A program made the translations under genes and the position numbers. A stretch of 64,000 nt of DNA, taken from Leptolyngbyaceae cyanobacterium CSU_1_4. GTDB taxonomy: Bacteria; Cyanobacteriota; Cyanobacteriia; Elainellales; Elainellaceae. The notes under the pieces are model-generated. The model was not told the origin of the DNA, did no database searches, and saw nothing but the letters and a program-made list of their open reading frames with translations. Of the stretch, positions 9,798-19,505 are shown in pieces (the first letter of the stretch is position 1; each line of letters begins with the position of its first letter). The stretch covers positions 2,242 to 66,241 of the forward strand of contig JAAUPA010000001.1 in the NCBI GenBank assembly GCA_012034615.1, in the 5' to 3' direction.

Positions 9798-10979
9798 ATG
9801 ACAAGGGTGGAAAGCGTGGATATTCAAATCGGCAGAGGCAAAACAGCCCGCAGAGCGTACGGCATTGATGAGATTGCGCTTGTCCCCGGACAACGAACCC
9901 TAGATCCATCATTAGCAGATACACGCTGGCAAATTGGCGGAATTGAACGTGAAATTCCCATCATCGCCAGCGCCATGGACGGCGTAGTCGATGTAAAAAT
10001 GGCAGTAAAGCTCTCTCAGTTAGGGGCCCTAGGCGTACTCAACCTCGAAGGCATTCAAACTCGTTACCCCGATCCAGACCCCATTCTGGATCAAATGACC
10101 GCAGTAGACAAAACAGAATTCGTACCGTTGATGCAAAAGCTGTACGCCGAACCCATCAAGCCAGAATTGATCGTTCAGCGAATTCAAGAAATTAAGCAAC
10201 AGGGCGGCATCGCCGCCGTCAGCGCTACCCCAGCCGGAGCTGCAAAGTACGGGGCGGCAGTCGCCGAAGCCGGAGCCGATCTATTCTTTATTCAAGCGAC
10301 TGTGGTTTCCACGGCCCACCTGTCTCCAGCGTCCATCACGCCGCTCGATTTGGCACAATTCTGCAAAGATATGCCGATGCCTGTGATATTGGGGAACTGT
10401 GTTAGCTACGAAGTCACCCTAAATTTGATGAAAGCAGGCGCTGCAGCAGTTCTAGTCGGCATCGGACCGGGTGCTGCCTGTACTTCTCGGGGGGTTTTAG
10501 GCGTTGGCATTCCTCAAGCCACTGCTGTTGCCGATTGCGCCGCCGCTCGGAATGACTACTTTCAAGAAACTGGCAACTATATTCCAGTCATTGCCGATGG
10601 TGGTTTGATTACGGGTGGCGACATTTGCAAATGCATTGCCTGTGGTGCCGACGGCGTGATGATTGGTTCTCCCTTTGCGAGGGCAGAAGAAGCCCCTGGA
10701 CGAGGTTACCACTGGGGCATGGCAACACCTAGCCCTGTGCTGCCCCGAGGCACTCGTATTCGGGTGGGCAAAACAGGCACGCTAGAACAAATCTTGCGGG
10801 GTCCGGCACAGCTTGATGACGGCACTCATAACTTATTAGGAGCGCTGCAAACCAGTATGGGAACCTTAGGAGCCAAAAATATTCGAGAAATGCAGCAGGT
10901 GGAAGTGATTATTGCGCCCGCGTTGCTCACTGAAGGCAAGGTTTATCAGAAAGCGCAACAATTAGGGATGGGGAAATAG
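9798..10979 (+). CDS. GuaB3-type IMP dehydrogenase-related protein
   Basis: [25 protein letters not shown]... followed by a TIM-barrel IMPDH-like sequence without a CBS insert. The true start may be the GTG at 9816. Confidence 0.8.
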   Translation: MTRVESVDIQIGRGKTARRAYGIDEIALVPGQRTLDPSLADTRWQIGGIEREIPIIASAMDGVVDVKMAVKLSQLGALGVLNLEGIQTRYPDPDPILDQMTAVDKTEFVPLMQKLYAEPIKPELIVQRIQEIKQQGGIAAVSATPAGAAKYGAAVAEAGADLFFIQATVVSTAHLSPASITPLDLAQFCKDMPMPVILGNCVSYEVTLNLMKAGAAAVLVGIGPGAACTSRGVLGVGIPQATAVADCAAARNDYFQETGNYIPVIADGGLITGGDICKCIACGADGVMIGSPFARAEEAPGRGYHWGMATPSPVLPRGTRIRVGKTGTLEQILRGPAQLDDGTHNLLGALQTSMGTLGAKNIREMQQVEVIIAPALLTEGKVYQKAQQLGMGK

Positions 10980-11070
10980 CCTGTAGTTCTGCCGATTTTC
11001 TTCACAAAGTCTACAAGGGGTTGACAAATTCGCCTCGCGCAAACTTTAAGCCGTCACCTACAATAAAGAG

Positions 11071-11146
11071 AGCGGAGACGTAAAGTTTCCGTTCACTCCT
11101 CACACCACACTCCGCCTGAACCTTGGTTCGGGCGGTTCCTCTTTCT
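11071..11146 (+). ncRNA. Yfr2-family-like small RNA candidate
   Basis: TACAAT -10 box at 11059-11064. The motif ACTCCTCACAC at 11095-11105 is, as I recall it, the conserved Yfr2 loop motif. A hairpin ccgcctgaacc/ggttcgggcgg (11112-11135) is followed by a T-rich tail. Confidence 0.5.
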
Positions 11147-11367
11147 GCGCCTGCTGATGGTACTTTGTGAATCAAATTTTTGTCTATTGGCTTCAACTTT
11201 GTTCATAATCTAGGGTTAGTTTTTTGTGGGAATTAGGCGGCTCTGGAGCTTGTTTGTTCAGTTAATGTTTAGGTAATTGTGTCTGATTGTATAGAGCTTG
11301 GTGCAGAGGGGACTGTTTTAGCTATGGTAATATTTTGTCAAACAAACATAGGCAAGGATTTTCAGGC

Positions 11368-11691
11368 ATGTCAGCAGCCGCGCAAGTTACAGATTCAACC
11401 TTTAAGCTAGAGGTTCTTGAGAGTGATGTTCCGGTACTGGTGGATTTCTGGGCACCGTGGTGTGGTCCCTGCCGGATGGTTGCTCCCGTAGTCGATGAGA
11501 TTGCTGAGCAGTACATCGGTCAGGTCAAGGTGGTCAAACTCAATACCGATGAGAACCCCGGAGTTGCCAGTCAGTATGGTATCCGCAGTATTCCTACCTT
11601 AATGATTTTTAAGGGCGGGCAAAGAGTCGATATGGTGGTGGGAGCAGTGCCTAAGACAACTTTGGCAACTACTTTGGAAAAGTATCTCTAG
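11368..11691 (+). CDS. trxA: Thioredoxin
   Basis: 107-aa product from the internal ATG at 11368, containing WAPWCGPCR and [13 protein letters not shown]. The upstream part of the tracked ORF (from 11287) has no family support. Confidence 0.92.
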   Translation: MSAAAQVTDSTFKLEVLESDVPVLVDFWAPWCGPCRMVAPVVDEIAEQYIGQVKVVKLNTDENPGVASQYGIRSIPTLMIFKGGQRVDMVVGAVPKTTLATTLEKYL

Positions 11692-11728
11692 CTCATTTTT
11701 ATATGGCTTGATATCACGCTTTTTAACG

Positions 11729-11760
11729 ATGCCTTGGCTGAGTCAGTCAAGGCATTTTAA
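11729..11760 (+). terminator. Rho-independent terminator after trxA
   Basis: Hairpin atgccttggctga / tcagtcaaggcat followed by ttttaatt. Confidence 0.65.
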
Positions 11761-11846
11761 TTGACAAACGTCAAACCAACTGAAGCGCAACGTCCAGACT
11801 GAGGACGAATCTCTTAGAATAGAATGCTGCAAGTTTTAAGCAATTC

Positions 11847-12914
11847 ATGACTACATCTTCATCATCCTCTGATTCTCAATTTCTTCAGGTCGAGATTAGT
11901 GAACTATTGAACCATCTGCCGCACCTGAAGCATGGGGAGCTGATTGAGCGCGCCCTCACAACGCTTGTCCGGATGGCTGAGGTAGAAGCCGATCGCCTGG
12001 ATTGGAAAATTCTCAATTCTTCTCTACAGGATATGGAGCAGGCGTTCCGGGTGTTTTATCCCTATCGCCATATTCGTAAAATTTCTATCTTTGGCTCGGC
12101 TCGAACGAAGCCCGACGCGCCAGAATATCAGATGGCGGCAGACTTTGCTCGGTGCGTAACGCAACTGGGTTTTATGGTGATGACGGGGGGCGGTCCTGGG
12201 ATTATGCAGGCGAGGGAATGAAGGGGCGGGCTGGAGAAGTCTTTTGGGCTAAACATTCAATTGCCGTTTGAGCAGGGTTCTAACCCGTTTATTGAGGGGG
12301 ATCCGAAGCTGATTAATTTTAAGTATTTCTTTACTCGCAAATTGTTTTTTTTGCGGGAAAGTGATGCGTTGGCGCTGTTTCCGGGGGGCTTTGGGACGCA
12401 GGATGAGGCGTTTGAATGTTTGACGCTGATGCAGACTGGCAAGGCTGATCCGTTGCCGCTGGTGTTGGTTGATCCGCCGGGGGGGGATTATTGGAAGAAT
12501 TGGGAAGTTTATCAAAAAGATCACTTATTGAAGGCGGGCTGGATCAATGAAGATGACTTGCATTTGTATACGCTGACCGATCGCGTGGATGAAGCCTGTG
12601 AGGCGATCGCCAGTTTTTACAAAGTTTTCCACTCTAGCCGCTACGTGGGCGAAAACCTGATCTTGATGCTGAAGTGCGAACCGTCAGAAGACGTGATTGA
12701 TTACTTGAATCAAAAATACAGTAAGTTATTGGTGAAAGGAAAAATTCTTAAAGGTACGGTTCTGTCTCAAGAAATTGGTAGCGAAACCGAGCACTTGGCT
12801 CGTCTGATTTTGCACTTTAACCAACGGGATTTAGGATTGCTTTATCAACTGATTCGAGATTTGAACCGATTGGTGGAACCTGCCCCAGAGGTGATTCATC
12901 CTGAACAAAAATAG
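11847..12914 (+). pseudogene. LOG/PpnN-like (TIGR00730-type) Rossmann-fold nucleotide nucleosidase, interrupted by an in-frame TGA as assembled
   Basis: SIFGSARTKPDAPEY...TGGGPGIM and LFPGGFGTQDEAFE motifs. Both tracked ORFs are in the same frame, separated by the TGA at 12219-12221. The +1 frame over 12214-12230 reads GNEGAG, as the family motif requires. Confidence 0.75.
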
Positions 12915-12956
12915 CGCTAGGGTAGAGGGGTTAGTCTAGACGACGAAGGATTCAAG

Positions 12957-13946
12957 ATGCCGATTATCAACGTCGAAAATCTTAGCAAGGTCTATCCTGT
13001 TGCGGTTAAAGAGCCTGGATTACAGGGAACGATCGCCCACTTCTTTAAGCGCACTTATACGGCGATCGCGGCTGTCAAATCCGTTTCTTTTGCGATCGAA
13101 CCGGGTGAAGTGGTTGGTTTTTTGGGAGCCAACGGTGCCGGCAAAACCACAACTCTTAAAATGCTCACCGGACTGATTCATCCTTCTGAAGGGCGGCTAG
13201 ACGTGGCGGGCTACAATCCCTTTCAGCGAGAAACCGGATTCCTGCGAAAAATCACCTTAGTCATGGGGCAAAAGCAGCAATTGATCTGGGATTTGCCCGC
13301 CCTGGATTCTTTGCGAATTAACGCAGCAGTTTACAACATTTCCGATCAGGCATTTCGTCAGCGGGTCGGCGAACTCAGTGAAATGCTCACCCTCTCTGAC
13401 AAGCTCACCCAACCTGTCCGCAAGCTTTCCCTGGGCGAACGCATGAAAGCAGAACTGCTTGCCGCGCTGCTGCATCAGCCGCAAGTATTATTTCTCGATG
13501 AACCCACTTTAGGACTAGACGTGAATGCTCAAGTTAGCGTTCGGGAATTTCTGAAAGACTATAACGAACGCTATGGTGCAACCGTCTTGTTAACTAGTCA
13601 CTACATGGCAGATATCACGGCTCTATGTCAGCGAGTGCTAGTGATTTATCAAGGACAAATGATTTATGATGGCAGCTTGGATGGATTGCTAGAAAAATTT
13701 TCGCCTGCCCGCGCGGTTACCGTAGAGTTGGCAGACGTAAAAACTCTAAGCGAACTGCAAGTCTATGGTGAGCTGAGCGAGGTGGCAGGACGGGTTGCCC
13801 ATTTCATTGTGCCGCAAGAAAAACTCACTCATACGCTTTCGCGCATTTTGGCAGAACTTGATGTGGTTGATCTAACCGTTGCCGAACCGCCCATTGAAGA
13901 AATTATTGGGCAAATCTTTCGCTCAGGAGCAGTGGGAATATCATGA
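12957..13946 (+). CDS. ABC transporter ATP-binding protein (ABC-2 type system)
   Basis: Walker A GANGAGKTT, signature LSLGERMK and Walker B VLFLDEPT. Confidence 0.88.
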   Translation: MPIINVENLSKVYPVAVKEPGLQGTIAHFFKRTYTAIAAVKSVSFAIEPGEVVGFLGANGAGKTTTLKMLTGLIHPSEGRLDVAGYNPFQRETGFLRKITLVMGQKQQLIWDLPALDSLRINAAVYNISDQAFRQRVGELSEMLTLSDKLTQPVRKLSLGERMKAELLAALLHQPQVLFLDEPTLGLDVNAQVSVREFLKDYNERYGATVLLTSHYMADITALCQRVLVIYQGQMIYDGSLDGLLEKFSPARAVTVELADVKTLSELQVYGELSEVAGRVAHFIVPQEKLTHTLSRILAELDVVDLTVAEPPIEEIIGQIFRSGAVGIS

Positions 13947-14744
13947 AGCGTCCCCTTCAAAATGCTCTGCGAAAAGCTGGCACCTTACTCACGGTGTATT
14001 ACGCCTACATGCTGGAGTATCGGGCAGAGCTATTGCTGTGGGTGCTTTCGGGTTCTTTGCCCTTTATTTTGATGGGCGTTTGGGGACAAGCAGCTCAGGG
14101 TGGACGGTTTGGGCTGTCCTCGTTATATTTTATTCGCTATTTTTTAGCGGCGTTTTTGGCACGGCAATTCACGGTGGTGTGGGTAATTTGGGAATTTGAA
14201 CGAGAGATTGTCGAAGGTAAATTATCTTTTCGTTTGTTACAACCCCCTTGATCCAGGATGGCATCATTTTGCATCCCATGTGGCTGAACGATTGGCGCGC
14301 TTGCCGTTTGCGATCGCCTTAATCGCCCTATTTCTTTTTCTGTACCCTGAGGCAGCCTGGATACCTAGTTTACCTAATATTTTTCTCTGTATCTTAGTGG
14401 TCATGCTGGCGTTCGTTTTACGATTCGTCAGCCAGTACACCTTTGCGATGTTTGCCTTCTGGGTAGAGCGGGCTAATTCTATTGAATCTTTCTGGTTTTT
14501 GTTTTACTTATTCTTGTCAGGGCTGATTGCCCCGGTGCGGGTTTTTCCACCCGCGTTGCAAAAAGTTGTCTTGTGGACTCCCTTTCCTTACCTGATTGAT
14601 TTTCCGGCTAGCATTTTGGTGGGGCTCCCTGTCAACGTGGGGCAGGGTTTATGCGTCATGATCGGGTGGATTATCTTATTTTTTGGGTTGAATCGGTGGC
14701 TGTGGCGACGGGGGTTAAAGCGCTATTCGGGGATGGGGGCTTGA
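13943..14744 (+). pseudogene. ABC-2 family transporter permease, one frameshift as assembled
   Basis: The start overlaps the ATPase stop (ATGA). The frame breaks in the C5 run at 14243-14247. Removing one C gives ...GKLSFRLLQPLDPGWHHFASHVAERL.... Confidence 0.75.
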
Positions 14745-17032
14745 GGTCTGGCTGAGGCATTAAGTCGGCTGTAAATCGACTCTGAACCAACTGGACTGGG
14801 GAACGGGTGGAAAACCAATATAAATCCTGAATAATTTGACTGGCTTCTTTTCCCTCAAAATGAACCAATGCCAAGTTATTTAAACCCACTACTTCTCGTC
14901 CATCCTGAAACCACAGGCTCTTCCAGAATAGGAGCGATCGCCAACACCTGGCTAGCCTTGCCCGTTTCCAAGGGGGCATGAGCCAGCCGATATCATCCTG
15001 GAAATGAATGATTTGGGCTGCCTCTCGCTCAATCCATTCTAAGGTGCAAGACCAATTGGGGGGTTGAGGGGGCGATCGCCTCTCCTGAGGTTTGCCCGAG
15101 CATTCCACCATATCCATCGGATGATTCCAGCCCATCCAATGGCGCATTTTTTCGGGCAATAGCCAATGTTTTTAACCGAGTATGAAGCACTTCGGTAATC
15201 ACTTCTTCATTTTTTATGGCACTTGATGTGAACTGGACTAAGACTGATTCTGCCTGCGTTTCAACAGAAGAATGGACTAATCGAATCGCCGAACCATAGT
15301 GAATATCTCCTGATAAAACCACGACTCGTTCTCGGTGTTGAAACAAGGTGAGCAACAGTTGCGCTAAAGCCTCGGTGTTGATGTTCCAAGAGTCTCCCAC
15401 ATCGGTGGCAAATACTTTGTTGCGTCGTAAGTGCCAGTGATGAATCCAGTCGATCACTTTCAGCCCAAATAAGTTGGTCGGCGCAATGACAAACGTGGCT
15501 TTGTGAGAAGAATCGGCGATTGCTTGGAGCGGTAAAGCAAGCTGTGTTTGAAAAGCTTGGGGGCAAAGCAGCATGGGTGGAGCGGTCGCTTTTGCCTCTG
15601 CCGGGTAGCCGCGCCAAGTGCGCGTATCGAGCACAATTACTTCATGACAAGGGCTATGAACGGTAAAGTTCCAGGTGATTGCCTCGGGGTGCCGATCGAG
15701 CACCAACACTGCCCCATCTTGCACAAAGCGCGGCATGTGGGTTTGAGGATCGGTGGGCGGTAGACCTAGCCATTGGGCGATCGCCGCTTTTGCCTGTTCA
15801 TCTGTGCCCCCCGATGCCGACCAAGCCGCCGCCGCCGCCAACAGGTTTCCCCCCGATTGCTCTGGCTCAAATTGATCGGGCGTATTGCCCCAGGCTTGAA
15901 AAACGGCGTAGGCTAGCAACGCATTTTGCACCGTATTTCGTCCTAGCGATCGCCCCAACACGCGCAAGCACCAAGCCCGGTTTAAGTTCCAATCGTCGCT
16001 GACATCATGATCATCAAAATGGTGTACATGGGAATATTTGCCAGCGATCGCCGCACCTTCCAAAGGGTGTGGATAAACTGCCGCATTTGCTGAATCTCTT
16101 GCCTCCATCGCCGCCGAGCTTCGGGCTTTGCCTCTAATTCTGAAGGTAAAGCATGAGTCCAGCAAACCGGCGACCAAGCCAACAGATAGGAGGCATAATA
16201 CTCCCCCCAATCCCAGTAAATGACTCGTCACTTTATTCTGTTTGTGGCTTAAGCCAGCCGTGAAGCCTGCCTGGTGCGTGGTGACGCTTGCCCGATCGCC
16301 GGGGGGCAAATCACGCGGCGTTAAAACCTGGAGCGGCTCTTGACTAATGGGCAACTTCTCCTCCCAGCCCAGCAGCGCATCGCCCAAACGGCTGGCTGCC
16401 CACAACAGCGGGTCAGCAACATCATCCCCATAAATTTGGTCGCCTGTGAGAAAAAGCTGGTGCGGACGGTGTCGAGGCTGGTTCGCAAATTCTGCAATCA
16501 AACTATCTAAAATGGGCAATCCATCAAACCCGCGACCGTGGGGCTTGCGGCAAGACCCATGCACAAGTCGCAAATCTTCAAGGCGATCGGGCGGTAAGGC
16601 AAAGGTGGGCTTCCCATGGGCGAAGTAGCTGATGTTCACGGCGGGAAATGCAGGGGAACAGAGGGCTTGCTCAAGAGATTGCAGCGTTGAATCGGAGGCT
16701 GAATCGGAGGCTGAATCGGAGCGCAAACGGAACTGAAGATCGTAGGCATAAATACGATCGCCCGTTAAGCCAAGCCCCTGCCTAGGGCGAGCCGTCACCG
16801 CCACCCCATGCAGAAATTTTCCCAGCGTGACGGTTTCTCGTTGTCCTTCTAACAAAACTTCTTCTAAAAGTTCGTCCCCTTGCGTTTCATAAACCTTAAG
16901 TTCGACCTGACAAGCTTGCCTCAACGCAATCCAGACCGTAACCGAAGTAGGCTCTGTGTGCCGAAGAATAGGACCTGCCAAAATGAGGGGCAAGTGCTGG
17001 AGAAGATCATTGCTTCTGATTGGGTTATCCAT
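14671..17032 (-). pseudogene. PhoD-like metallophosphoesterase (alkaline phosphatase D family), three frameshifts as assembled
   Basis: Motifs LVHGSCRKPHG, LFLTGDQIYGDDV, FDDHDVSDDWN and VVLSGDIHYG. Indels inferred at 16203-16208, 16016-16019 and 15169-15173. The 3' end is uncertain. Confidence 0.6.
16689..16721. repeat. 12-bp in-frame tandem repeat (gaatcggaggct x2.75), encoding SASD repeats in the PhoD-like protein
   Basis: Read directly. The protein shows SDSASDSASDS. Confidence 0.9.
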
Positions 17033-17096
17033 GCTCCAGAGGCTTCATCAAAATAACAGGAGGACAAGCGATCGCTCCTGATCCGTGGGTCTCAGC

Positions 17097-17834
17097 TTAA
17101 TGGCTCTTGGGATCTTGAGTTCCCAGCAGCTTATCCCAAAATGTAAAGTACAATCCATAATGCACTTTATACTGGCGATGATGAATGAGGTGGTGCCTAG
17201 GGCCAATTAAACTGCGCCCCAGCCAAGCCCCGATCGCCGAGGAGGAACTGCGCTCAAAACCCAAATGGTTTAGAACAGACCAGAGCGTCATAGTGGTCAG
17301 AACCGCTGCCAAAGTTGCAAAATGGAGGGGCATGATTAAGACAATGACGACCAAAAAAAACGCCTGAATGAATGCTTCAGGAGGGTCAAAAGCAAAGGAA
17401 GTCCAGGGGGTGGGATGGGTAGAGCGATGATGTCCTTGGTGGATTTGCTTAAAAATAGCCGGATGGTGGAACAGCCGATGGGTAAAGTAAAAGTAAGTAT
17501 CTTGGAGCATTAAAACTATTACAAAGCTCAGCCCTAGATACCACAGTCCATGGTCTTGTGGATTTGTGTACAAACGGGTCAAGCCTAGGTCGTAGGCTGA
17601 TAAAATCAAGGCGGCACAGAGGGCAAAAATGACAGCCGAAATCATCGAAAGCTTCACGTCTCGATGAATCGATCGCCATAGCAAGCGCCGTTCTGAAGGT
17701 TTTCCCCGCATGGCAGCAGACTTGCCCAGCCAAGCATAGAACACCAAATGGGCTCCCCCAGCGATCAAAAAATACCGACCCAGAATAGCTCCAGAGAGGA
17801 TAAACCAATATAACCAGAATGAGTAGTCGCTCAA
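17097..17834 (-). CDS. Sterol desaturase / fatty acid hydroxylase family membrane protein
   Basis: Histidine boxes HRLFHH, HQGHHRS and HHLIHH in a polytopic 245-aa protein. Confidence 0.75.
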   Translation of the reverse strand: MSDYSFWLYWFILSGAILGRYFLIAGGAHLVFYAWLGKSAAMRGKPSERRLLWRSIHRDVKLSMISAVIFALCAALILSAYDLGLTRLYTNPQDHGLWYLGLSFVIVLMLQDTYFYFTHRLFHHPAIFKQIHQGHHRSTHPTPWTSFAFDPPEAFIQAFFLVVIVLIMPLHFATLAAVLTTMTLWSVLNHLGFERSSSSAIGAWLGRSLIGPRHHLIHHRQYKVHYGLYFTFWDKLLGTQDPKSH

Positions 17835-18244
17835 TTCAATGTTTCCTTTCTAAAGATATTAAGTTTGGGACAGGGCGATCGGGATTCGATGCGGCAACCC
17901 TCATCTCGACTCAATCCAAATTATCCCCCGATTAGTGCCCGATTTGGGGTAACTTTTTGGCGGATTGCCTAACTTGTGTCTATAGAAGGATAAGTGAAAT
18001 GCCGGAACTATCCCCTTCTAGGCGAGCCTTTCCAGGTGTTAGATCGGTATTCTAGAAAGAAGGGCACTTTATCAATTATCTGTCAATCTCTCTAAAGACA
18101 GAAAAAAACAAAATGCCATGGTATTGCTCTAATATTATTCCTCTAAACAGACTGACCCCCATTGTAGCGAGATGACCCCTGGCTCCAGGAATTCATCAGC
18201 GCTGGTTATTTTCCAACTCGGCAACTAAAGCAAGGGAACTTTTC

Positions 18245-19054
18245 ATGCGGCTAGAGGCAGGATGTCAACTTTCATTTGAAACCAATGCTGCTGTCCCTGC
18301 AATTTTTATGTTGCGTCCTTGCAGTAATGTAGATCAGCAAATTTTGAGTGAAGACTGTTCACTACAGCCCAGTGTTACGGTTCACGAGTATCAGGACGGA
18401 TATGGTAACTGGTGTAAGCGCCTCATGGTTCCTCCCGGGAATTTTCAACTGACCACTCAAGTTCAGGCTGAAGTTCCTGATACCGTTGAGGTAAACGTCA
18501 AAGCTAATTTTGTTTCGATTGAAAATTTGCCAGACTCTGCCCTGCAATTTCTGTTACCCAGCCGGTATTGTCAGGCTGATTTACTCGGTGACTTGGCAAA
18601 TCAAATTGTCGCAGATTACCCCATGGGCTACCCTCAGGTAGAGGCTATTCAGAATTGGCTTCATGCCAATATCAAATATCAATATGGCAGCAGCAATTCA
18701 TCCACCTCTGCCCTAGACACTGCTGAAAGCCGGGTGGGTGTTTGTCGAGATTTTGCCCACTTGAGCATTGCGCTTTGTCGCAGTTTAAATATTCCAGCAC
18801 GAATGGTAGCAGGATATTTATACCAACTTAAGCCAATGGATTTGCACGCTTGGTTTGAGGCGTTTGTAGGCGATCGATGGTATACGTTTGATGCCACTCA
18901 AAAGGAACTGAGGGGCAATCGAATTGCGATCGCCTATGGTCGAGATGCGGCAGATGTTGCCTTAGTCACGCACTTTGGCTCGTTAACCCTCACCCAAATG
19001 CGAGTCTGGGTTAACGAATCGGTCCCCTATGAGAATCTATCCCCAGTTCATTGA
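18245..19054 (+). CDS. Transglutaminase-like family protein
   Basis: Transglutaminase core motif GVCRDFAHLSIALCRSLNIPARMVAGY followed by HAW...FD. Confidence 0.8.
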   Translation: MRLEAGCQLSFETNAAVPAIFMLRPCSNVDQQILSEDCSLQPSVTVHEYQDGYGNWCKRLMVPPGNFQLTTQVQAEVPDTVEVNVKANFVSIENLPDSALQFLLPSRYCQADLLGDLANQIVADYPMGYPQVEAIQNWLHANIKYQYGSSNSSTSALDTAESRVGVCRDFAHLSIALCRSLNIPARMVAGYLYQLKPMDLHAWFEAFVGDRWYTFDATQKELRGNRIAIAYGRDAADVALVTHFGSLTLTQMRVWVNESVPYENLSPVH

Positions 19055-19061
19055 ACCAGCC

Positions 19062-19343
19062 TCAGCGCGTCTCAAACTTTGGGCTAGGGCGAACCGGACG
19101 GCTGCTCTTAGGTTTGAGCCGAGGAATACTTTCATCAAAGCCCTGTTCGCTCGAACTGGGTGGGTTTGCAGTCAGCATATAAACCCGTCGTCCATCCACC
19201 CGATACAGATCTTCGTACGTGCAAACCATGCCTTGGGCTTGCAGTTCTAAAAGGCGTTCGTTTCTTCGTTGCAACGCCTGTGCTGCATCATCAAAATCTA
19301 ACTCGTTGAAGACCTCTGAAGCCATCCGTTTCAACTCCTGCAT
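19062..19343 (-). CDS. Hypothetical 93-aa protein
   Basis: The ORF is the only evidence. Its upstream region carries repeated TCTTATCC motifs. Confidence 0.35.
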   Translation of the reverse strand: MQELKRMASEVFNELDFDDAAQALQRRNERLLELQAQGMVCTYEDLYRVDGRRVYMLTANPPSSSEQGFDESIPRLKPKSSRPVRPSPKFETR

Positions 19344-19505
19344 TGATCTGCGAAATGTGTCTTAATCCAACCCTTCTTATCCTAGCAATACGGGTCTTAT
19401 CCAAGAATTCTTATCCGAAAATACTGTATGAAACCTGAATTGATAGAGCCGCGAAATGTGTCCCATCTAACAATACTGTATAACCACTAAATTGACTCTC
19501 AAGGC

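Noticed and set aside
11011-11196. 61-aa minus-strand ORF between the guaB3-type gene and trxA
   Set aside because: It has no RBS or family support. It overlaps the promoter, hairpin and Yfr2-like motif on the plus strand, which explains the region better.
12219-12221. In-frame TGA in the LOG-like gene as selenocysteine or programmed read-through
   Set aside because: The family has no Sec or Cys at this position. The +1 frame reads the expected GNEGAG motif across the site. I saw no SECIS-like hairpin immediately downstream.
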